This document shows, in pieces, positions 25,420 through 37,820 of a stretch of 64,000 nucleotides of DNA (the stretch's first letter is position 1; every line of letters begins with the position of its first letter). Below the pieces are notes generated by a model. That model ran no database searches and was not told the DNA's origin. It was given only the letters and a program-made list of their open reading frames with translations. The DNA lies in NCBI GenBank assembly GCA_951406725.2, contig OX597825.1:9362001-9426000 (forward strand), written 5' to 3'. The stretch comes from Octopus vulgaris. Lineage: Eukaryota. The position numbers and the translations under genes were made by a program.

Positions 25420-26296
25420 AGTCTGCGGAAGCACTGTAGAGTTGGCGAGTGTTCCTTTGGATGAACAAAGAAAGTATTTGACATCTGTTATGATGCACAC
25501 ACTATGCAGACCTATTATCATTACATTTCTGACTACCATCCATCGAAACTGATATATTTATACCCTGGCGATCATTGTTGGATAACATAAAAGCGTTTGA
25601 AAATTTGAGTATAGAGCGATTTTTTTTTATAAATCTTGTACATGTTTTGTCCCCTGCTTCGTATATTGTGAAGTCAATGTACTTTATGTCGTCTTGCTGT
25701 TGTGTCGGCTCCCCCAGACGAAGAAATAGACTAGCCCAATACGTAGATATAGAGGGAGAAGTCTAGACGTCGTGAAGCAGATAAGAGCGAAAAGCTGAGG
25801 GGAGTAGCAGTCGTAGTAGACTAGAGTACAGTAGACTAGAGAAGAGAGAACACAGGGTGGAATTCAAAGAACTGTCACCAGTAGTGGATTTAGTAGAAAT
25901 CGAACCACTAATGAAACATTACTAAAAAGTAAATAAGTATGTCAAATCGACAAGAAAAAAAGAAAAGAAAGGAGAAAAAGGAAAAAGAAAGAGTAAGTGT
26001 TTTGTGCTATGTTTTATAATATCGGAAAATAGAAGAACAATTTTAGAGAACATAAAACGGTTCAAATAATTGTAATGGTAGACGATGATTAAGTTTTAGT
26101 TCAAGACAGGATAAAAACGGACAGTTTAAAACGACTAATGGAAAAGCATGTGATGAGGGGCGCATGCAGCCATTCATAACCCCATTATTGTATAATCATT
26201 TCATCATATTCGTTCTATGTACTGTCCCCTCTGTAGTGTCCTGTCTGTCCTTGTTTGTACCCCTCTATGTTTGGGCCCTTGTGGCTAATAAAGAAA
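25420..26296 (+). pseudogene. Possible ancient, decayed ORF1-only retroelement ending in the SINE-B-type tail
   Basis: Tail 26243-26296 (tgtctgtccttgtttgtacccctctatgtttgggcccttgtggctaataaagaaa) matches the SINE B tail, but the upstream sequence is not SINE B. Weak peptide echoes of the 397-aa ORF: VELASVPLDE vs KFASKPIEGE, and a Lys/Arg tract then VFCAMFYN vs KFYVVLFHK. Confidence 0.4.
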
Positions 26297-26821
26297 CCGA
26301 ATAGAGAGAACGGATTAGTAGAAGGCATCCGAACGTGCAACATAACCGTGGCGACGAGGCTTTTGTAGCTCACACAGTCACTGTGTAGTATTGCAACATA
26401 ACACTTCCACAGAATCATGCATTTTTCATTACCTGCTATACCAAAAGGCAGGAAGTGTTTATATAATAATTATAACTAAAGCTCAAACCTGCCTGGTATG
26501 ACATAAGCGCGAACATGCGTCTGTGTGTGCCTATGTATCTTCTTTCCACGTTGATTACAGGCGATTTGAAATCCTGTTGCCTTCACTGGCACCAGGTAGT
26601 ATGGACATTTATAACCATAACACTTAATCACCTGCTTAAAACCTTCTGAAACCTATAACAGCTTTTGCTGGCCTGAAAGGTCTCGTCTACATCACTCCCG
26701 TTGCAGGAGACATGTTTTGAAGTGGGTGAGTAGACAACCAGAAACACACAAACACACATAGACACAGGTATACACACATGCACGCAAACAAACACACACA
26801 CAAATACACACACACACACAT

Positions 26822-26862
<41 letters not shown>

Positions 26863-26871
26863 CATATATAC

Positions 26872-26902
<31 letters not shown>

Positions 26903-26904
<2 letters not shown>

Positions 26905-27315
26905 CGGCTGTGTGGTAAGTAGCTTGCTTACCAACCACATGGTTCCGGGTTTAGTCCCACGGCGTGGCACCTTGGGCAAGTGTCTTCTACTATACCCTCG
27001 GGCTGGCCAAAACCTTCTGAGTGGATTTGGTGGACGGAAACAGGAAGAAACCCGTCGTTATATATGTACGTGTGTGTGTGTGTGTGTGTATGTTTCTGTG
27101 TATGTTTCTGTGTCTGTAGTTGTCCCCCCAACATCGCTTGACAACCGATGCTGGTGTGTTTACGTCCCCCTAACTTAGAGGTTCAGCAAAAAGACTTCGA
27201 TAGAATAAGTACTAGGCTCACAAAGAATGAGTCCTAGGGTCGATTTCCTCGACTAAAGGCGGTGCTCCAGCATGGCCACAGTCAAATGACTGAACAAGTA
27301 AAAGAGTAAAGAGTA
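26903..27315 (+). mobile_element. SINE family A, slightly 5'-truncated
   Basis: Aligns to 15941-16325; tail gtaaaagagtaaaagagta. Confidence 0.9.
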
Positions 27316-27321
27316 TACATA

Positions 27322-27372
<51 letters not shown>

Positions 27373-27944
27373 GTATGTTGCGTCATACAGCTTTATATGA
27401 TTTAACTCCACGTAGAAATGTCTAATCGTATTTCGTTTATAAAGAGTATTATTTTCCTATAAGTATTCATACCGATCGCTCAACCAGGAGTCACCTCATA
27501 ATTTAATACTCTCATTCTGTTTTTTTTTTTCGATACCCAACATTCAACTGTATCAACAACGAGATTCAAATTTTCCTGACAGTAAGAATATAAAAAGACC
27601 CTTCATTAGCTTTCGTGATAGAAAATTCACCCGATATTTATTGATCGTGTGCTTTTTCGCCCACATATCGACGTACTGTAGTATTTCATTGGAAAGATAA
27701 AAATGATGATAATCCCATCAAAGCAACTAATCCTTTCCAAGCACTTCATTCCGTCACGTATCAAATACGTTCTCAGCGAAATTACTCATATAAGATTAAT
27801 TTCATAAACACGGGTATCCGTGTTATATATAATTTAATACCAAGCCGAGTGTCTTTTCCATATTTTTTCTACCTGATGCCTTTCATATTATATTCTTCTC
27901 TGCTGGGATTTAACGCATCGAAATATTGCGAATACATTTGAAAA

Positions 27945-28234
27945 GGTAAGAAGATTGCTTCTAAACCACATAGTTCTGGGTTCAGTCCCATCACGTGGCA
28001 ACTTGATCAAGTGTCTTCTACAATATCCTTGGGCCGATTAATGTTTCTGAGTGACTTGGTAGATGGAAACTGAACGAAGCCCGTTGTATATTTGTATACA
28101 TGTATTGTGTGTGTTTTTGTGCGTGTGTGTGTGTGTGTTTGTGCTTTCTGCGTTTGTGTGTGCGTGCGTGTGGGTGTGTTTGTGTGTTTGTGTGTGTTTT
28201 TGAATTTGTGTTTGTGTGTGTTTTTGAATTTGTG

Positions 28235-28272
<38 letters not shown>

Positions 28273-28500
28273 TGTCGACGTTTGTCTTCACCATCACCAC
28301 TTGACAACCGGTATTGGTGTGTTTGCATTATCGTTTTCATAGCGGTTCGGCAAACGAGACCGACAGAATAAAGACACTACTTTCACAAAAGTGATAATAA
28401 AAAACGATTGCGGTTAATTTATTCAAATAAAAATTCTTCAAGGCAGTGCTCCAGCATGGCAGCAGTCTGATGATTAAAACATGTATAAAATGGAAAGAAA
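27945..28500 (+). mobile_element. SINE family A, older diverged copy with expanded (TG)n
   Basis: gggttcagtccca, caagtgtcttctac, cttgacaaccg, gcggttcggcaaa and aggcagtgctccagcatggc occur in order. Confidence 0.8.
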
Positions 28501-29540
28501 AACATACCGATTTTATACAGAACACATGCAACATTCCTTCACATTAACGATTTGATGAATTTCATCCCACACTAAGCTATTCAAATACGAAATGTTATCA
28601 AAGTCATACATTTCCATTCTGTTCTTATCTCTTCCCTAAAGCTGACAGAAGATCGTCAGCAAATAAAGTAGTGTCGGCGGCCAATCATCTAATAATACAT
28701 CAGTCTGTGTCATCGTCAGACGGGTCTTCGTTATCTCCACCTCTTAAACTATGAAACCAAAATAAACTAAAACCAGATTAGAACTGTATCCAATCGTCTC
28801 AGATCTTTGCAATAAATAGTATTATTCATTTAGAATCGTAAATTGTTATTTTCTAAATCTGAACTATTAAAGATATATAATCATACAGTTCTTGATTTCT
28901 GTGATCGTAACAGCAAATTTACCATTCGTACGTGTTTCAATAATCTAACCACTTTTCAGCTATGGACCGCTCTTTCTTCTTTGCTATAGTTGTAAAAATA
29001 ATTGAGGCAATTTCATATAGAATGTAATTTTTAATTAAGAAAACTGCCACAAATAAGGGGTTAGAGTCATTTTCTATATTTGGTATGTTTAGTTCCTATA
29101 TTACAAAGAGACGGCGATATTTCTGTGTATAGTTTAAAATAGAGAAAATATTGCCAAGACCGCACGTCGCGGCGGTTATAAATTTCTCAAATTGTTCAGA
29201 TAAAAATAAAATATAATTATAAATCCCATGTATTATCAGCCATTGTAGGAATACATACGTCACCTATTTAATAACCAGTGTTCAATTTGTTTTTCTCACC
29301 ATTTGAACTCTTTCTGTGTATGTGTGTGTTTAAGTGTATGATGTGTGAGATAATACAATATTTGTTAGTTATTTTACTAAAATTGACTTTCTGCTTCCAT
29401 CACTTTCGTTTGGTAGAAATATAATACGTCGCCTTAGCAAAATGATTACTGAATGTTGTTTCACAAATACGTAACCTCCCAAACGTCGCCACCGCCCTCA
29501 ACACGCGTGTGTATACGTGTGCATGTGTGGATCTATGTAC

Positions 29541-29549
<9 letters not shown>

Positions 29550-29588
<39 letters not shown>

Positions 29589-29755
29589 GGACAGACAGAC
29601 AGAGACAGATAGAGAAAAAGAAAAAGAAAAATTGAAAGAAAGATTGATAGATTGCCAGACAGATAAATAGGCAGGCAGGCAGACAGACAGAGAGTCAAAG
29701 AGGCAGAAGACAGACAGGCAGGCAGACAGATAGACAGACAGACAGACAAATAGAC

Positions 29756-29788
<33 letters not shown>

Positions 29789-29877
29789 TACAGAAATAGA
29801 GGCAGAGAGATAGATAGATAAATAGATAGACAGACAGACACTGACAGACAGAGAGACAGACAAACAGACAGACAAAC

Positions 29878-29950
<73 letters not shown>

Positions 29951-30050
29951 CAGACATATAGATAGATAAATACAGATAGATAGACAGACATATAGATAGA
30001 TAAATACAGACCGACAGACAGATACATAGATAGATTGGTTGGTAGATACA
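29550..30050. repeat. (GA)n/(GACA)n/(GATA)n compound microsatellite
   Basis: Directly visible. Confidence 0.95.
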
Positions 30051-30339
30051 AAATCATGCATATAATCATACAAACATCAATTGATAAAGTTGAAAAGAAC
30101 GAGTAAAATATATTCCGTGTGCCAAGGGAATAGTGTTTATCTAATAACGTTTTTACAAGACTACAATTTAAAGGGAAAAGTGAATATTTATTATCTTATT
30201 CATTATTGAAGCTTATTTCATCGATTTTGGGAGAACAATATGAAAAACAGACCCTCATTACTCTCAGAATCCAAATTTAGAAAATTTTATTGCGTCTATA
30301 AACGTTAACCATCTCAAACACAGCACTACTGTAGTAGTG

Positions 30340-30384
<45 letters not shown>

Positions 30385-30551
30385 ATGCACTCTGACAGGT
30401 TGTAAGTGCCACTTTTGTAAAGGAGGGTCATACACCTCCTCATCGATCTTCTTGTTATACTCGTTATATCGATACACAATTTGTTGATAAAGAAATAGAA
30501 GAAACCGTATTGCTTTTGGCTAGATTAAAAACCATAACTTAGAAGAATTTA

Positions 30552-30690
30552 CCGTGTTCACTCGTGTATAAGTTGCACTAGTGTATATGTCACACTCCAA
30601 ATTTTGTGCAAAGTCTAGGTACAAATGTTTAAACCTTCGTAGGTTTATATTTTTTCCATGTGTAAGTCGCGCCCATGGTTAAATACGGGA
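30552..30690. mobile_element. Possible Tc2/pogo-type DNA transposon end
   Basis: TA|CCGTGTTCACTCGTGTATAAGTTGCAC with repeated gtgta(t/a)a(a/t)gtc(g/a)c subterminal motifs; second end not convincingly found. Confidence 0.35.
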
Positions 30691-30916
30691 GACAAAATTC
30701 TCTACTTTTTCATCCGGGCATTTTAATATTTCGCCACTTTAAGGAAAACCTCCCCATAAAAATATTTCTGATAAAATGTTTTACATTTATTAAAGACTGC
30801 ATCGGCTCTAAATAAAAATGTGGTTTATGTTTTATCAACCCCGAAGGTATGAAGGAAGAATACTTTTACAAATTTTGAACAAGAATAGACAAAGAATTTA
30901 ACTAGTTGAAACAAAG

Positions 30917-31343
30917 GTCTCTTCTCGGTTTGAACGGCAGTTTTTTTAATATAATTCCCACGTAACTAAACACTTTTAAACTTCGAATACTGGTAGAATG
31001 TCTTTATAAAACATCTTTTTCTATTGGCTTTATTGAGAAAATTCTATAGTTTGTAAGATATTTGTTGTTTCTTTTCTTCAATTTCTGCAATTTCAACCAA
31101 TCAATGACGTCTATTGAGGTGAAGTCATTCTGTGCCGTATGAATATGTCCCTCGTTTAAGAAAGAGATTGGGTTTATTTATATTTCTGAAGAAAAAAAGA
31201 TACCCTTCCCCCCACCCCTAACCCTAACTTACCTTAACCCTAAAACAGATTGAAATGCAATAGATTGATACTAGGGTCACAATTATGGGTGACAATTTCA
31301 TATGACACCGCCAGAAAAACTGCCGTTCAAACCGAAAAGATCC
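30917..31343 (+). mobile_element. Merlin-like MITE with internal (CCCTAA)n, copy 1
   Basis: ~27-bp TIR (consensus GGATCTTTTCGGTTTGAACGGCAGTTTTT); 8-bp TSD aaacaaag at 30909-30916 and 31344-31351. Confidence 0.85.
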
Positions 31344-31557
31344 AAACAAAGTAGTGGGTCCCCATCTCAATCGTTTTCCCCAATCTTTCATTGTATTTTA
31401 CGGAAAATAACATTAAAAAGGTATCCAGAATAACGAGTTAGACCAGAGTTTGGGGTAAGCTAGATAATTATATAAAATGCCTATTCATTTAAGACTGGTC
31501 AGGCTATTTAAAGCAATGTTTATCGGGATAAATATTTATCAATGAGAGAGACTAATG

Positions 31558-32007
31558 GGATCTTTTCGGTTCGAACGGTAGTTTTTTCTAGCGGTGTCAT
31601 ATGAAATTGTCACCCATAATTATGAACCTAGTATCGATCTATTGCATTTCAATCTGTTTTAGGGTTAGGGTTAGTTAGGGTCAGTAAGGGTTAGGGTTAG
31701 GATTAGGGTTAGGGTGGGTGGATGGGTATCTTTTTTCTTCAGAAATGTAAATAAACCCAATCTGTTTCTTAAACGAGGGACATATTCATACGGCACACAA
31801 TGTTTTCACCTCAATAGACGTCATTGATTGGTTGAAATTGCAGAAATTGAAGAAAACAACAATAAATATCTTACAAACTATAGAATTTTCTCAATAAAGC
31901 CGAGAGAAAAAGATGTATAAACACATTCTACCAGTATACGAAGTTTAAAAGTGTTTAGTTACGTGGAAATCATTTTTAAAAAACTGCCGTTCAAACTGAA
32001 AAGATCC
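31558..32007 (-). mobile_element. Merlin-like MITE with internal (TTAGGG)n, copy 2 (inverted relative to copy 1)
   Basis: GG...CC TIRs; TSD gactaatg (31550-31557) / gactaata (32008-32015); six perfect TTAGGG units within 31659-31714. Confidence 0.88.
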
Positions 32008-32472
32008 GACTAATATGCGTTGATACTTTCTATGTAATCACACATGACAAAGCCAATGAAATGAGTTAAAGGTCGCAAGTTTTGAGTAATAAAGTGATAT
32101 TCTAACAACTCAATAGAAATAAAATATTAGTCTTGCGTCATGGTTATGATAATCAAACTAGAATATTTGTAGTTACATTTTCATGAAGTCAATTAGGAAA
32201 AGAATATAATATAAAAATAATTAAATGAAATCGCAATTAATTCTTAAAGAAAAGAAATTAAACACAACTGCCAAATCTTACTAGCATACTTTAAACATAC
32301 GCTATTCAAATAAAACAATAAACAGATTTTAATAAAAATGTCAGTTAATTCTTTTATTGTAATATTAAAAACATTTCAAACAGTACGTAAAAGATTTTTA
32401 TTCACATCACTAATAAACGAATTGAACACCGGATGGTGTAACTTTACGACTTAACAATTTACTTTTTATATA

Positions 32473-33710
32473 CAGAGGTGGGCTGGGAAGTTCATAGGCT
32501 GACTATGAAGGAGTGATGCTAGAGCTGTGAACTTTTGCATGTGTTAATTTGAACCCTTCTTGCTTATTGTTTCATTATTTCATTCCAGGTAAACTGAAGT
32601 ATAACTGTTCAAAGAAGACTTCAAATTCCACCAGTAGCGATTTTTCTTGAAAATGGACAAAATGTGGCATCGTGGTGCTATCACGTACCTGCAGAGAAAG
32701 GGTTTAGCCCCAAATGATATTCATGTTGATATGGTTGCTACATTAGGAGATAAAGCTCCAAATTTATCAACAGTGTAAATTTGGGCGGCTGGATTTAGGA
32801 AGAAAAGGGAGAGACTTGAAAATGATCCAACGTCTCGAAGTCCTGAAACTGGCACCATATGCTGAGGAATGACAGGCGATTAGCTATAAATCAAAATAGC
32901 CAATACTATTAGGATATCCATTGAGCAAGTTGAGAATATTCTGCACAATGAACTTGACATGACGAAGGTTTCTGCTCGGTCGATGCCTCGACTTCTAAGA
33001 CCAGATATAAAGAGCACCAGGCGTATCACATGAGAGTAAAGTCTAATATTGTGTCAGGCAGATCCGGCTGGTTAACCCTGAACGTTTCTTTACTCAGGAT
33101 TAGAGTTGAGTTCATAACTTTGTGGCAGAGGTGAAGAGACAATCCATGCAGTGTAAAAACCCCTTCTCACTTGCTCCAAAGCCAAGGTCGCTTCATCTGC
33201 AGGGAAAGTGATGGCCTACATTTTTCGATACAAAAGACATTGTGTTTATTGACTATCTTCAAAAGAGCCACACCTTCAATGGAGAGTAACATGCCAACTT
33301 GCTGAAGCCCTTGTGTGGCTATCAAGACCAAACACCCAGAAAAACTGACGAAAAGGTTCTTGTTTCACTATGAAAATTATCCAGCTTACAAGTTCTTTCA
33401 ATGGCTGGTGTGCGTCTGTGACCTTGAACCCTGCCAGTTCTTCTATTTTGGCTCCCATCTGACTATCATCTCAAACATATAAAAAGAAACACTTGGCTGA
33501 GAACCAATAACGACGTAATGATGACCTCATGTTATTGATTACTTTTTTTACTAACAGGATGGAAGCTTCTTCACCAATGGGATCGAAGCACTGCAACACC
33601 GATTGAAGGGGTGTGCAGATCAAAAGGGGGTCAATGTATAAAAATAAACTTAATTTGGTCGCAGTCCATGAGAGTCTTGGTTAGCCTATGAACTTTTCAG
33701 CCAACCTTTG
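32473..33710 (+). mobile_element. Dead mariner transposon (irritans-subfamily-like)
   Basis: TA-flanked ~30-bp imperfect TIRs (cagaggtgggctgggaagttcataggctgac / gttagcctatgaacttttcagccaacctttg). ATG at ~32652: MDKMWHRGAITYLQRKGLAPNDIHVDMVATLGDKAP; KVSARSMPRLL (WVPRLL motif) and LAPSDYHL (YSPDLAPSD motif). Multiple stops and frameshifts. Confidence 0.92.
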
Positions 33711-35249
33711 TATACCTTCAGCTGTCAATTTGCTTTCGACTCTGCATTTAACACAACCTGTACTGATATAAGGTAGCACGGAGCACATGCCTAATCACAC
33801 CATGTGTTACAAACATCAGTATTAAATATCAAACGGTAGTTTCTTTAGTTGATGCGAAGTCATTAGCTTTACGTTCTCTTCTAAACTTCCTGTTAGAGAA
33901 AAAAAAACAGGAAGTTGACAGCACAAATAAAACATAAGAATAGACAAGAAGAACTCTGGTTAACTACGATGGAACAAAAACATAGAAACAAGCGAAAATG
34001 GGGAAAAAATAGAAAACGGATGCATAAAACACGAAAAGCATTCAGTTTTCTGTTTTGTTCCCTTGAGAAAATAATGTGCAGGAAATACATGCAATACAAA
34101 TAACAATAATCCAAAAGAAAACATTTATTTGTTCGGTACAATCAATCTCTCATCATCAACCTCTATCGTTCTCTTATTCGTGTAACAAAACGTAGACAAT
34201 CTACTCTCCAACGTCAACATTGAAATCCCTTCGCTAATCTGTTAAGACAATTTACAGGCAATCTGCCATCTTTTCAAACGTTTGTTTATTTTTTTATAGT
34301 CTTTCTGCCAACTCTCGTCATATATACTAACACTAAATGTTGTTTTTTTATTAGCGCGTGTGACAATAGAGTGAGTGTATTTTAAAACAAGATGAACGAA
34401 ATTTACTTTCAGAGTTCAAATCTCACCCAGTTCTAATTTTGTTTGGTTTTCTATTATCATGAAAAGGATAAAATAAAAACCGGTCTAATATCGAGATTAT
34501 TGTAACTGGCACCTTTCCACACGCCAACATGCTGGATTATTTGAGAAATCATTTAGTTATAATTAATTTGTGAGTGGTAAGCGTACAATATATTCTGTAT
34601 AATCGTATAGAGTGCATGTTATAAACTTACATGGAAGATCAAATATTGTAGGAGTGTTTCAAATAAAAACGATAAAACAATAGCAGCTTACAAGAAACAA
34701 CAAAAGGAAGTAACATCGCTCAAGGAAATACAAAATACTTTCCCATTAGGTCAATCCTACTAGTGCTCAAAGATCAGAGAAATTTTACTAGTGTTACATT
34801 AAATGAAATAATTCAGATGAAAATACCTGAAGAAAATAGTCATAAACCTTCTTATAATAATAAATAAGATGTAAATATATATTTGAACGCTTATGTATGG
34901 ACAGAGAACACAACTACAAGTGAATACACATGTGTATGTACATCAACACACGTCTGAATTGCGAAACTCAAACCTTTCTAAAACAACACAGCCACTCTAA
35001 CCATTGATCCCGGTTGACTTCGAGACGCATATACCTAGTAGATGTCCAAGATACCCGCTGACACTCGCTCACGGCCAACACATTTATAACTTGTGATGTG
35101 AAGCCGCCGAGCAGGTGACTTTTTCTGATGTATCCGATGTTGGTGGAACAAAGAGAAAGCTGAGAAGAAGCGTTGTCTTATCCCTGTGCACAGACGTACG
35201 ATTCATCCTCTCGGTTATGTGTACATGTTTCCACTAGTAGATAGTTATA

Positions 35250-35448
35250 TACTCTTTGCTCTTTTACTTATTTCAGTCATTTGACTGTGGCCATGATGGA
35301 GCACCGCCTTTAGTAGAGCAAATCAACCCCAGGACTTATTCTTTGTAAGCTTAGTACTTATTTTATCGGTTTCTTTTGCCGAACCGCTAAGTTACGGGGA
35401 CGTAAACACACCAGCATCGGTTGTCAAGTGATGTTAGGGGACATACAA
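35250..35448 (-). mobile_element. SINE family A, 3' half (probably the partner of 35914-38512)
   Basis: Reverse complement of the SINE A 3' half. Confidence 0.88.
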
Positions 35449-35465
35449 ACTGTTCACATAGATTC

Positions 35466-35630
35466 AGGTGCAGGAGTGGCTGTGTGGTAAGTAGCTTGTT
35501 TACCAACCACATGGTTCCGGGTTCAGTCCCACTGCGTGGCACCTTGGGCAACTGTCTTCTACTATAGCCTCGGGCCGAATAAAGCCTTGTGAGTGGATTT
35601 GGTAGACGGAAACTGAAAGAAGCCCGTCGT

Positions 35631-35662
<32 letters not shown>

Positions 35663-35884
35663 ATGCGTGTGTGTGTTTGTGTGCCTGCGTTTGTCCCCCT
35701 AGCATTGCTTGACAACCGATGGTGGTGTGTTTATGTCCCCGTTACCTAGCGGTTCTGCAAAAGTGACAGATAAATAAGTACTGGGCTTACAAAAGAATAA
35801 GTGCCGGGGTCGAGTTGCTCGATTAAAGGCGGTTTTCCAGCATGGCCGCAGTCAAATGACTGAAACAAGTAAAAGAGAAAGAGT

Positions 35885-35885
<1 letters not shown>
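35466..35885 (+). mobile_element. SINE family A, full length, nested in an opposite-strand copy
   Basis: Aligns end to end with 16332-16748. Confidence 0.92.
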
Positions 35886-35915
<30 letters not shown>

Positions 35916-36349
35916 CGACGAGCTTCTTTCAGTTTCCGTTTACCAACTGCACTCACAAGGCTTTGTTCGGCCCGAGGCTATAGTAGAAGACACTTGCCCA
36001 AGATGCCACCCAGTGGAACTGAACCCGGAACCATGTGGTTGGTTAGCAAGCTACTTTATTTTATATAATTTGCCACTAGGGCAGCACACAGAGTAGCTGC
36101 GGGCTGGACAAGGACATTAATGGATGATGGTGGTGGTGGATGACGATGGTGATGGGAGAAGTCAGAAAGCGCCCGCCGACTTTTGCTTCTCTAAAACAAT
36201 GTTCTTCTTTTTTTTTCAATAATTTACAAAATTTCAAAAATTACAAAAAATTCGAAAAATGTTCACAAAAATTTCAATTTACAATTTACACTTTTAAAAG
36301 TCTCTTCAGAGGCAATAAACCTCTGTCACAATGTAACACAATTACAATT

Positions 36350-37543
36350 TTACGTTACCCGACCGATGAACTCTCTTGCTTTAATGACGCAATCGTCCAT
36401 CGTCAGGCTTCCGCATACAGGTATGACTTGCAAGAGATCCTCCGGGAAAGAATTCTCGATCCTGCACATATCATTTTCGAGTAGGACCTCCGCAGCCAGC
36501 TGCGAAGGCCACTCGGGATACTCCATGCAGGACCGAAGTCCCTCCCATTGGTTTCTCTTCCTCCTCTTACGTATTTCATTTTCTACAGTGCCTCCTTTAT
36601 GGAAGAGGACTACATAAAATTTCTCCGGCATCACAACCGCCGGAGGACACATGGGAGACGCCCTCTGGGTGTTACAGTCCGCTGGTGGCGTACCGTTCCT
36701 CTTTTTCTTTTTCTTTTTACGCTGGGCCTCGGGAGGTTGAGGTTCCGGTGCTATACGCACCGGGTCCTCTTTTTCTTCCGCAGCCTCCGGTTCCTTTGGT
36801 TGGTCACCATTGCTCCCCACTCTTCTTTTTCTTTTGGAGGAGGATTTTTCCACCTCCTCACTTTGTTTCTCTCCCTCCATTGGTGGGGCAGGGAGAGGCT
36901 CTGATATTAACTTCTCCAGGATCCTACTCTGGTTCCTGGGGCAGTTTTTCTTAATGTGGCCGGTCTCCGAACACAGGTGACACTTGGGGGCGCGTCCCTC
37001 AAGTATTACCGCATACTTGGACCCGGCCATCTTCAAGAAGTCCGGCAAAACCAGACTCTTGGCCGACTGGGTCCACAGAGTCAAAGTAGCCTTTGCCCCT
37101 TCCCAGTCAGCCGCAGGCTGTATCTTCACGTTCGGGATCTTGGCGCTACCGCCACTCAGACCCCGGCGGATGGAATCTTCCACCCACTCGGGCTCAAAGC
37201 CGGGCGGCAGGCCGCAGACCCATAATCGTATCAATTTTTCCCCCTTGTAGCTGGGGAGAAACAGAATCTCTTCGCCCTCAATGGGCTTACTTGCAAATTT
37301 GCAAGCTGCTTTAGGGGAGTCAAATAGCAACCAAATCGTTGCGTATTTGACTCCCCGTTGAATATGTTTAACGGCTGGCATATAGTCTGCCAGCTCGTTC
37401 ACAATGGTGTCTCTCGGAAAAACCATGATGGTGTCGAGTGACTTTGAATATGTCCTCAGCACCACGGTTCTTTCCTCGAGTTCGTGCAAATATTTTTTGG
37501 GAGGTGTTAACTCCCACACAGTGAATTTCTTTGCCTGTGCCAT
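36350..37543 (-). CDS. Gag-like ORF1 protein, 397 aa, CCHC zinc knuckle (L1/Tx1 ORF1p-like)
   Basis: Uninterrupted ORF, GC-rich relative to its surroundings. EGRAPK-CHLCSETGHIKKNC (CX2CX4HX4C), preceded by an RRM-like region and followed by a Pro/Glu/Lys-rich linker with KRKRR and RKKKKKKR tracts. Confidence 0.85.
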   Translation of the reverse strand: MAQAKKFTVWELTPPKKYLHELEERTVVLRTYSKSLDTIMVFPRDTIVNELADYMPAVKHIQRGVKYATIWLLFDSPKAACKFASKPIEGEEILFLPSYKGEKLIRLWVCGLPPGFEPEWVEDSIRRGLSGGSAKIPNVKIQPAADWEGAKATLTLWTQSAKSLVLPDFLKMAGSKYAVILEGRAPKCHLCSETGHIKKNCPRNQSRILEKLISEPLPAPPMEGEKQSEEVEKSSSKRKRRVGSNGDQPKEPEAAEEKEDPVRIAPEPQPPEAQRKKKKKKRNGTPPADCNTQRASPMCPPAVVMPEKFYVVLFHKGGTVENEIRKRRKRNQWEGLRSCMEYPEWPSQLAAEVLLENDMCRIENSFPEDLLQVIPVCGSLTMDDCVIKAREFIGRVT

Positions 37544-37820
37544 AACGTAAAATACAACAGTTCAAAATGATAAACTAAAATTAGCCACAGAAAGGAGAAT
37601 GAAAAAATGCAACAGAAGGGAAGAAATAAAATTGAAAATGGCAGTACAAAAAAGTTTTTACAAATAAATAATAGACAGAGAAAGAGAGTTCAATTCAGAC
37701 AAAGGAATTAATTTTTCTTTTTTTTTTTTTGTTCACTTTTTCGGCCAAAAATTGTATTCCAGGCCAAATACACTGTTGGTAAAACCCTTGGTAAATAATC
37801 CTTGGTAATCCGTGGACAAC

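Noticed and set aside
31659-31714. TTAGGG tract as a chromosome end or fusion scar
   Set aside because: Short and located at the same internal position in three MITE copies.
36270-36330. CTGAAGA followed by a hairpin in the 3' UTR of the ORF1-only element as a hammerhead
   Set aside because: The stem is followed by GTAAA, not GAAA, and no stem I/III can be formed.
36366-37565. Overlapping ORFs in other frames and strands within the 397-aa CDS
   Set aside because: Shadows of a GC-rich coding region with no independent motifs.
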